Assembly (NCBI RefSeq): GCF_006345805.1
Contig: NC_043002.1
Coordinates: 75,454,001 to 75,518,000 of the forward strand
Direction: 5' to 3'
DNA: 64,000 nucleotides
Source of the DNA: Octopus sinensis
Lineage: Eukaryota
Position 1 is the first letter of the stretch; each line of letters starts with the position of its first letter. The notes under the pieces are model-generated. The model saw only the letters and a list, made by a program, of their open reading frames with translations. It was not told the origin of the DNA and did no database searches. A program made the position numbers and the translations under genes. Positions 1 to 13,699 of the stretch are shown here, one piece after another.

Positions 1-881
1 GAGAGCACTCTGAGGTTAAGACAGCAGAGTGTGATCTGAAGATTTGGTTACTATTTCTAGCTGTTTGAGTGTCTATATAGAGGCTCTCGAAAAAAACAAG
101 TCATTGTGGAAGAAATAAGAGAAGCAATTCCCGGTGATTGTTGGACACCTGCAGGTAGATTACTGTTGGTGACCTGCCTGATCTGCTGTCACTAATTCAC
201 AAGAATTTTGTCATTTAGTCATATTGGTATGTGTGTGCGTGTGTGTGTGTGTATGTGCATTGCAGGTGAATAGACAAGGAAAGAATTGGAGGAGAGAGCG
301 TTAAGGATATTGAAATATAGTCAAAAGGTTACCTAGTAATAATGAAAACAGTTACAAGTTTCTTTGGAAAATATGAGTTACGTAATCAGACAATGCAGGT
401 GTGCAATCAGGAATGTCTAGAAAATTGTCATCTTTTTTGTTATTTTTAAAATTTTACTTTTGTATTAGTCAGCAGATGTACTGCTAGAACTTTAGGCAAT
501 TTGTACCCACACACGTGCTGTGTATGTATGTGTATTTGTGTGTGTGTGAGGTGTAAATGTAAGCATTAGACAGATAATCAAAGAGACTGACATTGCTATA
601 TGTCAATAGTAAATAATCATGTAATAATAATAATAATAATAATCATAATGAAAATGGTGTTAATAATGAAGATTGATGTATTACAGAGAAAGAAGTGTCA
701 GTTGTGGGTATTTCCCCCCCTTTTTTATTGTATTATTATTATTGTTGTTGTTGTTATTTTCCTTGTCTCTTTCTTTCACCTATATTGAAAGACAGTTAAG
801 CCCTGTTGCCTGCTGGAACCAAATTGAAGTACAGCTCAAGAAATCAATTTGTGTTTTTAGTCAGCCTGTGCACACACATAG

Positions 882-912
<31 letters not shown>

Positions 913-2011
913 CACACACACACACGCAAGTAGTATCACTGCAGTAATTTGCAATGCAAAATGTCGATGTAACCACAGTTCTCGCTAAACTGTCAGGAAA
1001 CCGTCAAAAAAAAAAAAAAGATGACCGCAGGCTTTGCATTCCGTGTTCGATTGTTAGATGAGTAGCAACTAATGGCATCCTCGACATTGGTAGTCATTTC
1101 AGTTCTCCTTATTTCCTTGTTTTCCATTTTCTTCCCCACTCTCTCTCTCTCTCTCTTCTCCTGTCTTCATTCATTCTTTTCTTTCTTTGTTTTTTTATTT
1201 TATTTTGTTTTATTTTTGTTATTTATTTGTTTGCTCCTAGGAACTGAATTTGTTATGCATTTGCAATGAAGAAAAATCATTATAATGTAAATTGTTCCAA
1301 CTCGTTGACATGCCATATCATTTCCTATTTCTTTAATCTGGGTGATGAATTTCATTATATTAAAATACTGCTTTCACTCCAGAATAGTGGATCTCTCTGT
1401 CTCTCTTGTCTCTCTCTCTTTCTCCTCTCTCCTCTTAATCTTCTTTCTTCCTCTCCACCCACTCTCACTTAGATGATGTTACCACCACCACCACCAAGAA
1501 CAACACCTTATCACTATGACCACCACTATGACCTCCACCCTCACCACAATCACCACCTCCACTGTCAGTGCTATTCAACCACTATCACCAGAAGCAGCAC
1601 CACTATTTAACATATCTTGTCCATCACTGTTATGACTATTACTGCTGCTACTACTACTACTACTACTACTGCTGCGGCTTCAAATTCTTTTTTCGTTTTC
1701 TTTTTTGTGAACATGTCTTCAGTAATGACAATTTCATACAATTATTATTGTTATGATAATTATTATTCTTTTGTTAGTTTTATTATTTTGCAGCTGTTGG
1801 CAGTGTGTAGTATGGTGGTTGAGGCAGTTATAATGTCAGTAGTTACAGTGGTGATGATGATGATGATAGTAGGGTTACAATGGTGGTGGTGTGCAGAAGC
1901 AATGTTAATGTTGCTATTTATATTGATGTCATTTTATTCTGTTTATTCATTGTCCTTTTTAAAGAGCTCATGCCAAAAGTAAAGGACAGACGAAGGGGTT
2001 AAATTGCTTAC

Positions 2012-2087
2012 TAGCAATGCAATATTTCCTCATGGTCTGACTATCGATTGATTCATTGCTAAGATCACCCTGATATCTTCCTTTGGC
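2012..2087 (-). other. Candidate 76-nt exon on the minus strand
   Basis: GGCTTTTCTTCCAG acceptor and CTA|GTAAGC donor. The single open frame reads AKGRYQGDLSNESIDSQTMRKYCIA; protein not recognised. Confidence 0.25.
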
Positions 2088-2120
2088 CTGGAAGAAAAGC
2101 CAGTTTTTCTCTGTCAATGG

Positions 2121-2452
2121 CAGTGGTTCTGTCAATGGCCCATATAAGATTTTGTGGGGTCCATACAGCAAAGTATTAAACTGAAGATCTACAATAATAT
2201 TCTAACAGCCCCAGAAAAGATTTTGTTTTAGATTTATGTATTGGTATGTATTGCAAGAAACAGCTAGATTTCTTTCTCTAGCATTTTACACAGTTCAATC
2301 TACACAAGTTTAATGTGTGTGTGTGTTTGGGGTCGGGGATTGAAAGAAGTTTCTATAAAACTAGTTTTTAAATATTGAACGGCTATTGTGGTCCACCAGA
2401 ATCACATAGTAATCAAGGGGACCCATTGATAAAAACCAGTTGAGAACTCATG
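2121..2452 (-). mobile_element. hAT MITE, same family as 63268, opposite orientation
   Basis: Shares CTATAAAACTAGTTTTTAAA and neighbouring sequence with the reverse complement of 63268-63370. Termini CAGTGGTTCT and AGTTGAGAACTCATG. No TSD recovered. Confidence 0.7.
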
Positions 2453-2708
2453 GTCTAAAGTATTGTTTCTGAAGGCAAAGTGTGGGTTACTTCAGAATGG
2501 AGTGCAAGCAACAAGTGAATAAAACGTGCAAATAAGTAATACTTCTTTTGCATATATATATATATATATATATATATAAGATAGATATATAAATTTATAT
2601 AAATAAGGATAAGATCGTTATTTAAAATACTGATCATATAAAGTGGCCAGTATGGGAATAAAAACCTTATAGGTAATAATTATTGTTAAAATTATAATTA
2701 AAGGTGTC

Positions 2709-3108
2709 TAAAAGATACCACCATGTTAGAGATAGCAGTCAAAACTTGACTCTAAAATCACATCAAGTATTCATACAGCACCAGGAGAAAAGACAAACAG
2801 ACAAATAAACTAGCAAAAAAATTATTGGATAATCCCAGATCTAGATTTCTGATTTTACATAGCAATATACTCTGCCTCATCAGAGGAATATACACAGCAC
2901 ATAATTACAAATATACATGTATATAAAACATGTGTGTATACACACGTATACATATATGTACACGACTGGTTTAATTGCCTGTCTAAACTCCAATAATTTT
3001 TGCTAGTTTATTTGTCTATTTGTTTTTTTCTCCTGGTGCTGTATGAATACTTTATGTGGTTTTAGAGTCAAGTTTTGACTGCTATCTCTAGCATGGTGGT
3101 ATCTTTTA
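2709..3108. mobile_element. Foldback-like element with inverted arms of about 120 bp (2709-2829 and 2989-3108) and a 159-bp spacer
   Basis: The arm TAAAAGATACCACCATG(T/C)TAGAGATAGCAGTCAAAACTTGACTCTAAAA...ATTATTGGA matches its reverse complement at roughly 95% by eye. Confidence 0.9.
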
Positions 3109-3269
3109 TATTAGATAGATAGTGGCAGCTGGCACAAAGCCATTTCCATCAATACTACTTCCCTCTTCCCCCAAGTTAAGGGGACTTTGTCTTGTCTTGC
3201 AAGTTATTTGGTGACCCTACCAGTGCTGAATGTATGTTAAATGATGATGATCTCTATATGTATTTAGAG

Positions 3270-3348
<79 letters not shown>

Positions 3349-3780
3349 TTCTGTGCTATGTCTTTCATACTTTACTCTTTTTCATTCATCTCCTAGTGTG
3401 AAGTTGCTCCCTTTGGGTTTGTGGTTGTGCAAGTTTCATGGTAACTTCAGTAGCACTGGGGGCATAAAGAAAGGAAAAAGAAGCATCTAAGATATTTCAT
3501 GGTTTTTATACCTAATGTTGAACGTTCTGTCTGATTTACTACCTTCTCAGCCAACTTGCAGTCAATATGTGTTATGTAATTATTAACCATAATTTCAATT
3601 TCAAAGCAATTATTGCTGTCATTGAACTTAAAGCATGCTACATCCAAGCAAGACTAGTGCCAAGATATATTCAGCACCCTAGGCTAGCTCCTTAATGATT
3701 TTCCTCTTCTCCAAGTTACAGCTGTTTACTGTATATACAGCTGAATGCAGGCAGTAACTTATATGTAGTGATAGACACAA

Positions 3781-3905
3781 GTGGCTGTGTGGTAAGAGGT
3801 TTGCCTCCCAAACATTTGGCTTTGGGTTCAGTTCTGCTGCTTGGTGCCTTGGGCAGGTTCTTTTCTTCTATAGCCCTAGGTTAACCAGAGCCATGTGAGT
3901 GGTGT
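3781..3905 (+). mobile_element. tRNA-derived SINE family A, truncated
   Basis: Head TGGCTGTGTGGTAAG...GGGTTCAG and body TTGGGCAG...TTCTATAGCC. Confidence 0.75.
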
Positions 3906-4589
3906 TAATTCAAATAACATTGATGAGGATTAAAACAAATGAGAAAAAAATATTGAATGAATTTATATGACAAAATCCATAACATTTATTTCACTGATAA
4001 AAGAAAAGAAGAAAAAAATGAAAGACAAAATGCAATTCACTCATATTTCATGGTTAAGCGATTAGCAGCAAGAACATCAAATCCTGAAAATTATTTCCCC
4101 AAGATGAAGAGAAATTTAAGGAAAAAAAAACAAAAAAAAAAACTCAGTCATTCATCCAGAAGGAAAATGTATGTAAAGATTTAGAGGATAATTTAATTGA
4201 TAGCTTTAGAGATACAGTAAAATTGATATTTCAGATGACAAAATGAAATTTTATATATTTAATTGATTTACTTTGTAACTAAACAGGTTTGGAGTGAAAT
4301 TTCAAGGGTACTTTTAAGTAAAGGATTATCATAATCTGTTATGATTTATGTCTTTACTCCTGTTGCTTGTTTACAACTTCATCCATGAAAAGATGTTATT
4401 TAATTTTTAGCTTGTTATAAGCTCTTATAACTTGATTCTGTTTCATTTTCATGTCTTTCTAAATAGTTTCTCTTCTTCTTTTGGAGACATTAAAATTTGG
4501 CTCTATCGTTGAAATAATTCTAATATACTTATATATATTGACGTACAGCACTTGATGTTTATACACACATATAGAATGGTAGGTAGCCT

Positions 4590-4930
4590 GATATAGTTCA
4601 CATGTATATGTGTGTATGTATATGTATGTATGTATATGTATGTATGTATGTGTGTATGTATGTATATGTATGTGTGTATGTATATATATGTGTATGTATG
4701 TATATATATATGTATGTGTGTATGTTGGAATATATATGTGTGTGTATATATATTGTGTGTATGTATGTATATATATGTGTGTGTATATATATATATATTT
4801 ATATATATATATATTTATATATAGAGAGAGAGAGAAATATGTATATACATTGGTATGTGTGTGGGTGTATATATATATATACATATATATATAAATATAT
4901 ATATGGACAGATAGATATGTATACATAGAA
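4590..4930. repeat. Compound (TA)/(TG)/(TATG) microsatellite (similar tracts at 41290-41780, 53280-53480, 53820-54030, 54860-55060, 55520-55920)
   Basis: Seen directly. These tracts produce the long Y/I/H/T/C/V ORFs in the track. Confidence 0.95.
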
Positions 4931-5189
4931 TAAATTGCTGAATAGAAAGGCAGACAAATAAATTGATAGATAAGTAGGTATACAAATAGAAATATAGGTA
5001 AGTGGAGAAAAGTGTGTGGCTGGGGGAGATGGGTAGATAGTTGAATGGGATATTAAGTAGGTAGTCAAACCTAAAGATACGCAAGTTGATAGATAGATAG
5101 CTAGAATGTTTATGCATGCTAGTTTGCAACATTTTCCATCTGAAATAAATGTATAACATCTTTTCTCTTATATCCTAGGCTTGTTGATA

Positions 5190-5620
5190 TTTGTAAGGCA
5201 TCTGTCATCTTCGCTATCTTCAACTCAACAGTTTTGATTAAGTATTCTTAAGTGCTGCTGGCACCAACTGCTACCCATCGACATCAGAATCCCTGATGAG
5301 CTGGACTAAGTTGTCGAATACAATGGGCGATCTGTGTTTCTGATCAATAATACCATTAGTCTCAGCAACTGAGACCGATAGAGTTCTGTGTTTTGAGAGT
5401 GCAGCAGCAATCTTGTGTGCATGCTTCTTTTAAACTAATGACGGTGCTATCAAGTTTTCATATTGTGGTCAAAGTCCTATTTTGAAAAAGCTGGATCTTG
5501 TTGCATTGTTCTGTATACTTCATATATATTGATGCAATACAAAAACAGGCAATTGTTGAAAAGAATTGTAATACTGGCCAAAAGAATAAAGTGGAAACTT
5601 CTTTGGAGAACACCTTCCGA
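5190..5620 (-). mobile_element. Possible very old RTE C-terminal remnant
   Basis: Broken minus-strand translation (..KIQLFQNRTLTTI.., ..CIRQLSPAH..) loosely parallels the RTE C-terminus. A similar weak remnant lies at about 57690-57950. Confidence 0.3.
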
Positions 5621-5913
5621 GAACAATCATAACACGAAAGGTGGTGATGCTGGTGGGAAATAGAATGAGATGGGAGTAGAGAGAGAAAGAGAGAGATATT
5701 GAAATTCATGTTGTTATGACTTCATGAATAACCCATCATGTTTCGTTGAAGACGAGTAGAACATTTTAATATATTATGTATGTAAGCAATGACAACTTCC
5801 ATTATATTTTCACAATGGTCTAAGTAAAATTAAACGTGATCATATCAAGACAGAATGCTTAAATACAACACAAAAATAAATAGATAAAAATAAGATAAAT
5901 AGGTGAAGTAAAA

Positions 5914-5967
<54 letters not shown>

Positions 5968-6149
5968 TTGTATTCTGTTGGAATTACATATTAAACTAAA
6001 TGTCAGTTAACTCACTATTATAAACTAATTTTTTAGCGTAGGGTTGTGCTTTCAATTATAAAAGTTGATCTCTCTTGTCTGTGGTATCCTTGCCTGACAA
6101 GGACAGTTATCTGTAGTTTGGGTTTCATTATTGTTGTTTAGCCCCATCT

Positions 6150-6560
6150 CAATGTTGATCAAGCTAATGGCCTATTATCAGTAGCATTCCAGCCATGACC
6201 ATCCTGTCTTTTTTCTGGAGATATGTTTTGGATTAGCTTATCTAGTGTGTCATTTCCTTTCCTAAGTCAGTAAGCTCTGATTTCAGGGAGATTTGGTTAC
6301 TATTTCTATTGACCGTGTAGAGGTTTTCATGTTGGCCAGTAGTTTGCTTTGGTTGTTGTTTGTGATATTGTTGTTTAACTCCAGGTCAGCACTGATTGAG
6401 CAGATCTGTGAACAAAGGCATACCAACTGTGACCTTCCTCTCCTTTTAGAGCTATGCAGGACTACATTATTCATTGTTCTATTCTTATTTAAGACACTAG
6501 GGTGTGATTTGAGGGAGATTTGGCTACTATTCCCAATGGATAGAGTGACTATGTAAAGGC
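6150..6560 (+). mobile_element. Cluster of family E short repeats (AGCCCCAGGTCAG..CATTCCAGCCATGACC and GAGGGAGATTTGG.TACTATTTC modules)
   Basis: The same modules recur at about 1-90, 14880-15020 (-), 16750-16900 (-), 36820-36895 and 57340-57535. Confidence 0.6.
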
Positions 6561-7028
6561 TTCCTTGATTGATTATTTTATCACATAGCATGCATCACTC
6601 CTCCAATTTTTTTATTTTGGTGGTGATGATAGTTGTTGCTTAACTTCAGATCAATCCTATAACAAAAAGCATTCCAACCTTTGCCATCACATCTTTTTTC
6701 ATAGATCTATATATTATTACAACGTTTGATGTCCCCTCCATTTTTTGATGTTATGCTGTGTGACTTGAGGGAAATTTAGCTGCTGTTTCTTACCAGTTAA
6801 GGAACCATTGTAGATGCATTTTTCTTGGTTCATTGTTTGATCTTTGTTGCCAAAACTTGCAGACAATCGAGGGAGCTCTCTTGTAGCTACCTAATTTCTC
6901 TCAAAAAATAGGACATATTACAGGATATTGTCCTAGATGCACTATTTCCAGACTGACTATGATATAGCTGGGTCTTGATATGAAACTTTAAGAGCAAAGA
7001 AACTGAAGTGAAGCTACCTAAACATATG

Positions 7029-8299
7029 TAGGGTGCAGTGAATAAATTGTTGTCTAGATTATGCAAAAATGAAAATAACACTGACATCTCATTTTAACAG
7101 ATATATTTACCAAACTTACATAGAAATATCTTGAAATACTATAAAGAGTAAATTTATTCAATAAAATTGCCATTGGCTTCAACCACCACTTCCAGATGAC
7201 TTCAGAATCTCCTGAAACTCTTCTGGACGGTCTCCTTGTTTAAGTTGGTGAATGCTGCCATAATCCTTGCCTTCAGTTCATCTTTGGTGTTACAAGAGGT
7301 TTTGTTGGTCTCTCGCTCATCTGTGGCCCACACATAATAATCAAGGGAAATGCAGTCTTGGAAGTTAGGGGATCAGATGTTAGGGGTTATGTGGTCACAG
7401 ACATTGTCTGACAGCCATGACTGGGTTCTCCTGCTTGTGTGGCCTGGTGCAGAATCCTGTTGTCAGACAAAGTCTTTCAGCATTCACTACCTGCCCCAGG
7501 CATTTGATGTAGGCCTCTATGTTGAGTGTGAGGCCATGTGGGAAGATGAACGGAGGTATAACGTTGCTATCACTAGTGATCACTCCAATCACTATGATGT
7601 TGACTGGGTGTTTGGTTTTTGTCACTCTTGGTACATGTTTTGGGGACACGGTAAGCCAACGGTTGTCTATGTGTTCACCATCTGATACTGGTCTGAGAAA
7701 AAGCATAGCATGTTCTGTTAGAGGGGGATGCTTAAGTTAGCTCAAAAGCTTCGTAGTGTGGCCTTTCCTCTTGTCCTTGATGGCTTGGGATAAAAATTGG
7801 CCCTTTCTCATCTTGTATGTGGAATATCGAATGTCTTCATGCACTACCTGCCTGATAAGAAACTCAGACACTTCCATGTTCCTGGCAAAGGAAGTGATTG
7901 ACTTGGAGGGATCATTGTCAATCATGGCCAGTATCTCACCAACAAATTCAAGAGCTCTATTCTTATTAGAACGATTAGAGATAGTTTTTCAAGCTATCGT
8001 ATCTTCGTAATCATCATTAGACTCTTTCAACTCTGCACTGTCCACAGATTAACACCCAAACACTCTGAAATCTTCATATTGGAGCTTCTGGTGTAAATGC
8101 CAAGCAGTACAGCATGTCCTTTCCAAATTTCTAGCAGAGTGAATTGCATCATGGTGCTGTTTTTTTTTTTGGTTTTTTTTTTTGAGATGGTACCTGACTG
8201 ACCCTACTACACTGTGTAGTTGACAAAATCAAAAACAAACAAATGTGCATGTGCGAAATTAAAAATATAAAATGGCAACTATTTACCCATCGCACCCAG
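7029..8299 (-). mobile_element. Decayed Tc1/mariner element of the DD37D (maT) type
   Basis: Minus-strand fragments read TKHPVNIIVIGVITSD..PPFIFPHGL and QQDSAPGH-(37 aa spacing)-LDYYVW. Imperfect TIRs GGGTGCAGTGAATAAATTGTTG (7031) and CAACTATTTACCCATCGCACCC (about 8276-8297), with TA at the right end. Confidence 0.9.
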
Positions 8300-8332
<33 letters not shown>

Positions 8333-9224
8333 GCGCACACATATTTCTATCTATGCACATACACGCATGTGTGTGAATGTATATATGTATCCATATATAT
8401 ATATATGTTTAATGCATTTGATGGCATAAAAAAACACATGGGTATATTAAATACATGCCAATTTCTGCTGTGCATATTCATGGAAAAAGTTTTTGTTGTA
8501 TTGAAGCATGTAATATTTAAAGCAACTTTGCATATAAGACCTAGGGTAATTTTGGTGGGATCTTTTTTTCTGAGAGGAAAGAAGTGCATATCTTATATAC
8601 CATCATCATCAACTTCATCATTATGCAATTCAGCCATGGATGTGTATATCTCTAAATTAGCTAATTATAGATATTCACAGGCCTACAAACGGCATACACA
8701 CAAGTTTACTGCATTAAAATTTTGAAATTGTAATTTTGCGAAGCGAAAGTTACTTAGGTATAATAGTCTTTTGTTATTTGATATTGTAATATCAATGATT
8801 GTCCACTAAGCACAGTCATTCTAATAAAGCACCTGACAGGTAAGTATATATAGTACATGTTTAAATGAAATTTTAATTGTAGAGCTTCCATGAATTCCTC
8901 CTTGCCTGTTGCCATGCTGAGATTAAAATGAGCTAACACAGTAGAACATGGCATCTGTAGCCTGGAAATACTTATTATACAAATTTTCTGTAATTTTCTT
9001 TTTCTTTTTATTTGTTTTTTTTTTGTTTTTGGTCTATCTGTTTGCAATTGCTTTAGAATGAGCCTGTAGATTTGAACGGCATACAAACTCCATTAGAAAA
9101 TGTGGAAGCCTAGATTACAGATCATTATATAATTGATTGTTTCCGAGTTTGTCTTGGCTTTAACTGTTCGTTGTTTTCTCCCATAAGATAAGCATTACTG
9201 GTGCCACGCACAAACAGTTAGCTA

Positions 9225-9597
9225 TGCTAAATGCTCCTACACACAGACACACACACACAACACACACACACACATCTAGCTATACAACACACACACAGAT
9301 CTAGCTATATCACACACACAATTACACTACACACACATACACCTAGCTAGTTATATTACACACACTTACACATGCAAACTTAGCTAGCAGTACTCCTTCA
9401 ACATACACATACACACACACACATTTTGCTATGATACACACATGCACACACCTTCCTATGTTACACAGACACATACACACACATCTAGCTATACAACACA
9501 CACACACAGATCTAGCTATATCACACACACACACATGCACCTAGCTAGTTATATTACACACACTTACACATGCAAACTTAGCTAGCAGTACCCCTTC

Positions 9598-9636
<39 letters not shown>

Positions 9637-9960
9637 TTTGCTGTGATACACACATGCACACACCTTCCTATGTTACACAGACACATCTACACCTTGCTAT
9701 GCTACACATACAGACACACACACACACACCTTGCTGAGTTACACATATTTAACTGTACCACGCATACATGCATCTGGTTACCTACGCCACACATTCACAA
9801 ACACATAAACTTTGCCAGCTATACCACTCTCTCTCTCATTCACATGCATTTAACTACACCACACACTTGACTACACTATACACACATACACCTAGCTAGC
9901 TATGCTACACACTCACAAGTATGTGAACTTAGCTAGCATTACCACATACACACGCACACA
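9225..9960. repeat. Composite CA-rich minisatellite with a tandem duplication of about 209 bp (starts 9273 and 9482)
   Basis: Repeated CTAGCTAT..CACACAC subunits and two near-identical blocks. Confidence 0.85.
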
Positions 9961-10844
9961 CATGCATACATTCACCCTCTTCACATGCATACAGTTATAA
10001 AGAGAGAGACATGTTGTCTGCTGCTGGTTAACATATCTCACGAGAGACAACAATAATGGCTTTTATTTCCCAAAGCTACTTGAATACATTTTGCATTTGA
10101 CTCAGGGAATTCGTTCACGAAGAATTGCTGTGAAATTCCAAATAACTAGTGTAAAGGGACTATCATAAAGCTCACACACAATTATTTGGTCCATTTTTGA
10201 CTCCTCCCCAACAACTACAACCACGGATTTTTGATTGATGCACCATACCACTCCAAATCAGTTATTCAAAACATGTTGAATTGTTTGTTTTACAAAGATG
10301 GATTTCCTCTGACTTGTTCCCCTCTGCCCACCACCATCACTACCACCACCACCATCTCCAAACTCCAATTAAATGACAGAAATGAATTGGATAAATATTG
10401 AATGAATTGTGTCCCCCCCCTTCCTTCTATAATCGAGCCAGTTCAATTATATTTCAGATCTGAATGATATATCCCAGTTTGTTAAATAAATGGCACCACA
10501 AGAAATTAAATCTTAATTCTTCTTAGTTCTTGAATCTTCTTTCATTCTTTGTCCCCTCACCCCTTGTATATCTAAAGTTCTCCAAGATTACTCTAGTTTT
10601 GAACTAAATATCAGTTTTAACACCATTATTATTTATATTAAAGTGAAGAGTTAGTTGAATCATTTGCGTGTGGGGCAAAATGCATGGTGGAATTTGTTTT
10701 TGGCGCCTCCTTACACTCTGCATACACATACTAACTTGAGCAAGATTTGAGAAAGATTAGCAGCAAGGAAGAAGTCAAATGCATCTGAGGAGCAGTCAAG
10801 AAACCTTGAAATGATCCATCAGGTGATTCACTCTCCTTTTAAGT

Positions 10845-11175
10845 GCAGATGTGGTTGTATGGTTAAGAAGCTTGCTTCTCAACCATGTGGTCTTGGGGTC
10901 AGTTCCATGGCATGGCATATTAGGCAGTGTCTTCTACTATGGCCTCAATGGGAGCCTGTCGTGAGTGTGTGTGTGTGTATGTGTGTGTGTCCATCCTACC
11001 ATTGCTTGACAGCTGGTGTTGGTTTCTTTACACCTTTGTAACATTAGTGGTTTAGCAAAAGAGATTTATGGAATAAGCACCAAACTCTTTTAAAGAGAAA
11101 AGTACTTGGCATGACTTGTTCGCCTGACTCTTTCAAGACAGTGTCACAGCATGACCACTGTTCAATGACTAAAAA
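10845..11175 (+). mobile_element. SINE family A
   Basis: Same head and body plus a (GT)n tract and 3' module. Confidence 0.75.
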
Positions 11176-11387
11176 AGTTGCCATTGGCTTATGCAAGCGA
11201 GTCTCCATTCTCTCTGTCACTGATGTTTATCCAAGAGACAGGTTCTTGCTTTGGACTGATACAACCTGGCACTAGTGTCATTGCAAGTGCTGCTGTGAAA
11301 AATGCACAAGAATCAGATCAGATATGACAAAAAAAATTTGCTCTTGGCCTCTTATCAGTTTCACCAATTCACCTACATAGATTGGCA

Positions 11388-11600
11388 CATCATCATTTAA
11401 TGTCCGTTTTCAATGCTAGCATGGGTTTGTACGATTTTGACTGAGGACTGGCAACCAGATGGCTGCACCAGGCTCCAGTCTTGATCTGGCAGGGTTTCTA
11501 CTGCTGGATGCCCTTCCTAACGCCAACCACTCCGGGAGTGTATTGGGTGCTTTTTACATGTCACCTGCAGGGGGGCCAGTCAGGCGGTACTGGCAATGAC
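11388..11600 (-). mobile_element. RTE 3'-tail element (representative; further copies at about 13755, 19660, 24113, 25912, 27938, 37130, 39170, 42595, 54025, 59050, 63378)
   Basis: (CAT)n-TTAA.GTCCGTTTTC.ATGCTAGCATGGGTT...CTGGATGCCCTTCCTAACGCCAACCAC has the same structure as LINE 3' end 42811-42990. Confidence 0.85.
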
Positions 11601-12869
11601 CTCACTTGAATCTTTTTACACATTTAAAAAATTTTTTTTTTATTCACTCTGAAAGAATGAAAGGCAAAATGAAACTGGTCAGGATTTGAACTCAATGTGT
11701 AGACAGTCAGAACAAATACCACAAAGCGTTTCAATGTTGTAATGATTCTGCCAACTCACTTTCTAAAAGAAGACCATTTGTCTGATTGGTAAACGGCATG
11801 TTTCAGTCTTCTTTTTCACAAACACATCACTGCTATGTCTGCTACAATTATTTCTGCCTTTTTACACTAACTCTTTTTTCTCACCAGACTGTTTTTCTCT
11901 TTGTTATACTTCCTGCTTAGGATCACATAATACATTCTCCCCTCCTCTCATCATCCCTCATGTATTTTTGTTTCTATGTAAAACACAAGAGAGATGATAA
12001 GAGGAAGGTAAACTTTGTCCTAGAGACTTTAAAAATCTATAAACTAAAAAGATGAATAAGAGGAAGATAAACCATCCTATAAATTCTGCCAAATTCCAGA
12101 ATGGCACCTCTGGAATTACTTCTTTCTTGCTTACATTATTCTTGCAAATATTTAAACAAATTGAGTATTCTCCACAGCAGTATCACCTGTCAGATAGTTG
12201 CCCTTCCTTGATTCCATAATTATATATATATATATATATATATAAATCATTGGATATGTGTAGACAATAATAAAAATAATGATGATTTATTTTATTTTAC
12301 ACATGTTTGTATGTGTGAATTTTTTTTACAGCTTGGATATTTATTTAGTGAATGCTTTTAGAAATATAAAACTGTTCTGTCAGGAATATATAACCAATTA
12401 ATCTAACCCCTCCCCCCATCATAACACTTCAGTAATCAGGAGAAATTATCATAATTATTGTAAGGGAATTACTAACATTTATTACTGTTGTTGGTAACAA
12501 TCTCCGCCCTGTAACACTAACAATAAATAACACTAAATAATAATAATAATTATTATTCTCCTACACTACATACTGGAGCAAAACAAACACAGAACAACTT
12601 TAATCACAGTGGTAACTACATAGTCAATTAAACAAAGCAATTTAAGACCCAGTGAACTGAAGAGCCATTATTAGCTTGTTAAGAAAAGGCAAGTAACTAC
12701 AACTCAACTTTGCCCACCCCAAATAAAAAAACAAGGTAATTTAAAAAAGAAAAAAAGCATGGTTCTCACCCAGCAGCCACCCCCCCTCTCTCTCTCTCAT
12801 AGAAAGGCTCTTGTTTGAAAAGAAAACAAATATTACAAATGATTTATGTAGGCTCAAGGTCACATATTT

Positions 12870-13270
12870 GAGAATAGGTCCAGTTAATTATGCCACATCT
12901 GTCACCCAATACATGACTGGTACTTTATTGATTCCAGAGAGTTGAAAGGTTAAACTGTTAACCTTGGCAGAGTTTGAGCTCAGAACATAAAACTATGGAA
13001 CAAAATGCCACAAAACATTTTGTCCATTGCTCTAACAATTCTCTGAATCCACCATGATTATAATAAATAAGAAGAATGGCACATGGCTATTAATTTATTT
13101 AATTTGCATAGGGTGTTACAGTCAGGTTAATTTACTCCTATTAATTGATATGTATTTATTGACTCAGAAACAATGAAAGAGTGAAGTTGATCTTTGGTAG
13201 AATTTGAACTCAGAATCTACACTGTTGTAACCAAACACCTCAACACATTTTAGCTGTTGCCTTATCATTT
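12870..13270 (-). mobile_element. Two adjacent family B SINE copies, reverse
   Basis: GACTGGTACTTTATTG...GAGTTTGAGCTCAGAAC and TGGTAGAATTTGAACTCAGAATC. Confidence 0.68.
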
Positions 13271-13391
13271 CTGTCATTTAGATATACTTTTTTGCAAGGT
13301 GCTAGGCTTGTATCACTTGAAAATTTTCTGAATTGCTGACTCACACGAAACTATTAGCAATGGTGTGCTAATCTATAGATTTGACAATATC

Positions 13392-13444
<53 letters not shown>

Positions 13445-13455
13445 ATATATATATA

Positions 13456-13653
13456 CAGGGTGCCCAAAAGTAGGTTTACAGTTATCCAACCATCTCTTTC
13501 GCATTCAAATTTAGATCTTAATTATAAAAAAATATGACGCCCTTATTGTATGCTAATTTAGTTAATTGTAAGATAGAAATTTAAATGTAATAAAATGTTT
13601 TAAAAGAAATTTAAAGTACCTATGTGATAATTATAAACTACTTTTAAGCCATC

Positions 13654-13656
<3 letters not shown>
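13456..13656. mobile_element. Tc1/mariner-type MITE (201 bp) in a (TA)n tract
   Basis: TIRs of about 30 bp: CAGGGTGCCCAAAAGTAGGTTTACAGTTATC and GATAATTATAAACTACTTTTAAGCCATCCTG. TA on both sides. Confidence 0.85.

Positions 13657-13699
<43 letters not shown>

Noticed and set aside
4459-4928. Long ORFs rich in Y/I/H/T/C/V (also 41272-41936, 53789-54077, 55536-56075)
   Set aside because: They are translations of TA/TG/CA microsatellites, open in several frames at once.
6293-6556. 87-aa membrane-protein-like ORF
   Set aside because: It is built from family E repeat modules that recur elsewhere in the window.
12092-12117. 9-bp perfect hairpin AATTCCAGA/TCTGGAATT
   Set aside because: Short enough to arise by chance in 64 kb of AT-rich DNA.
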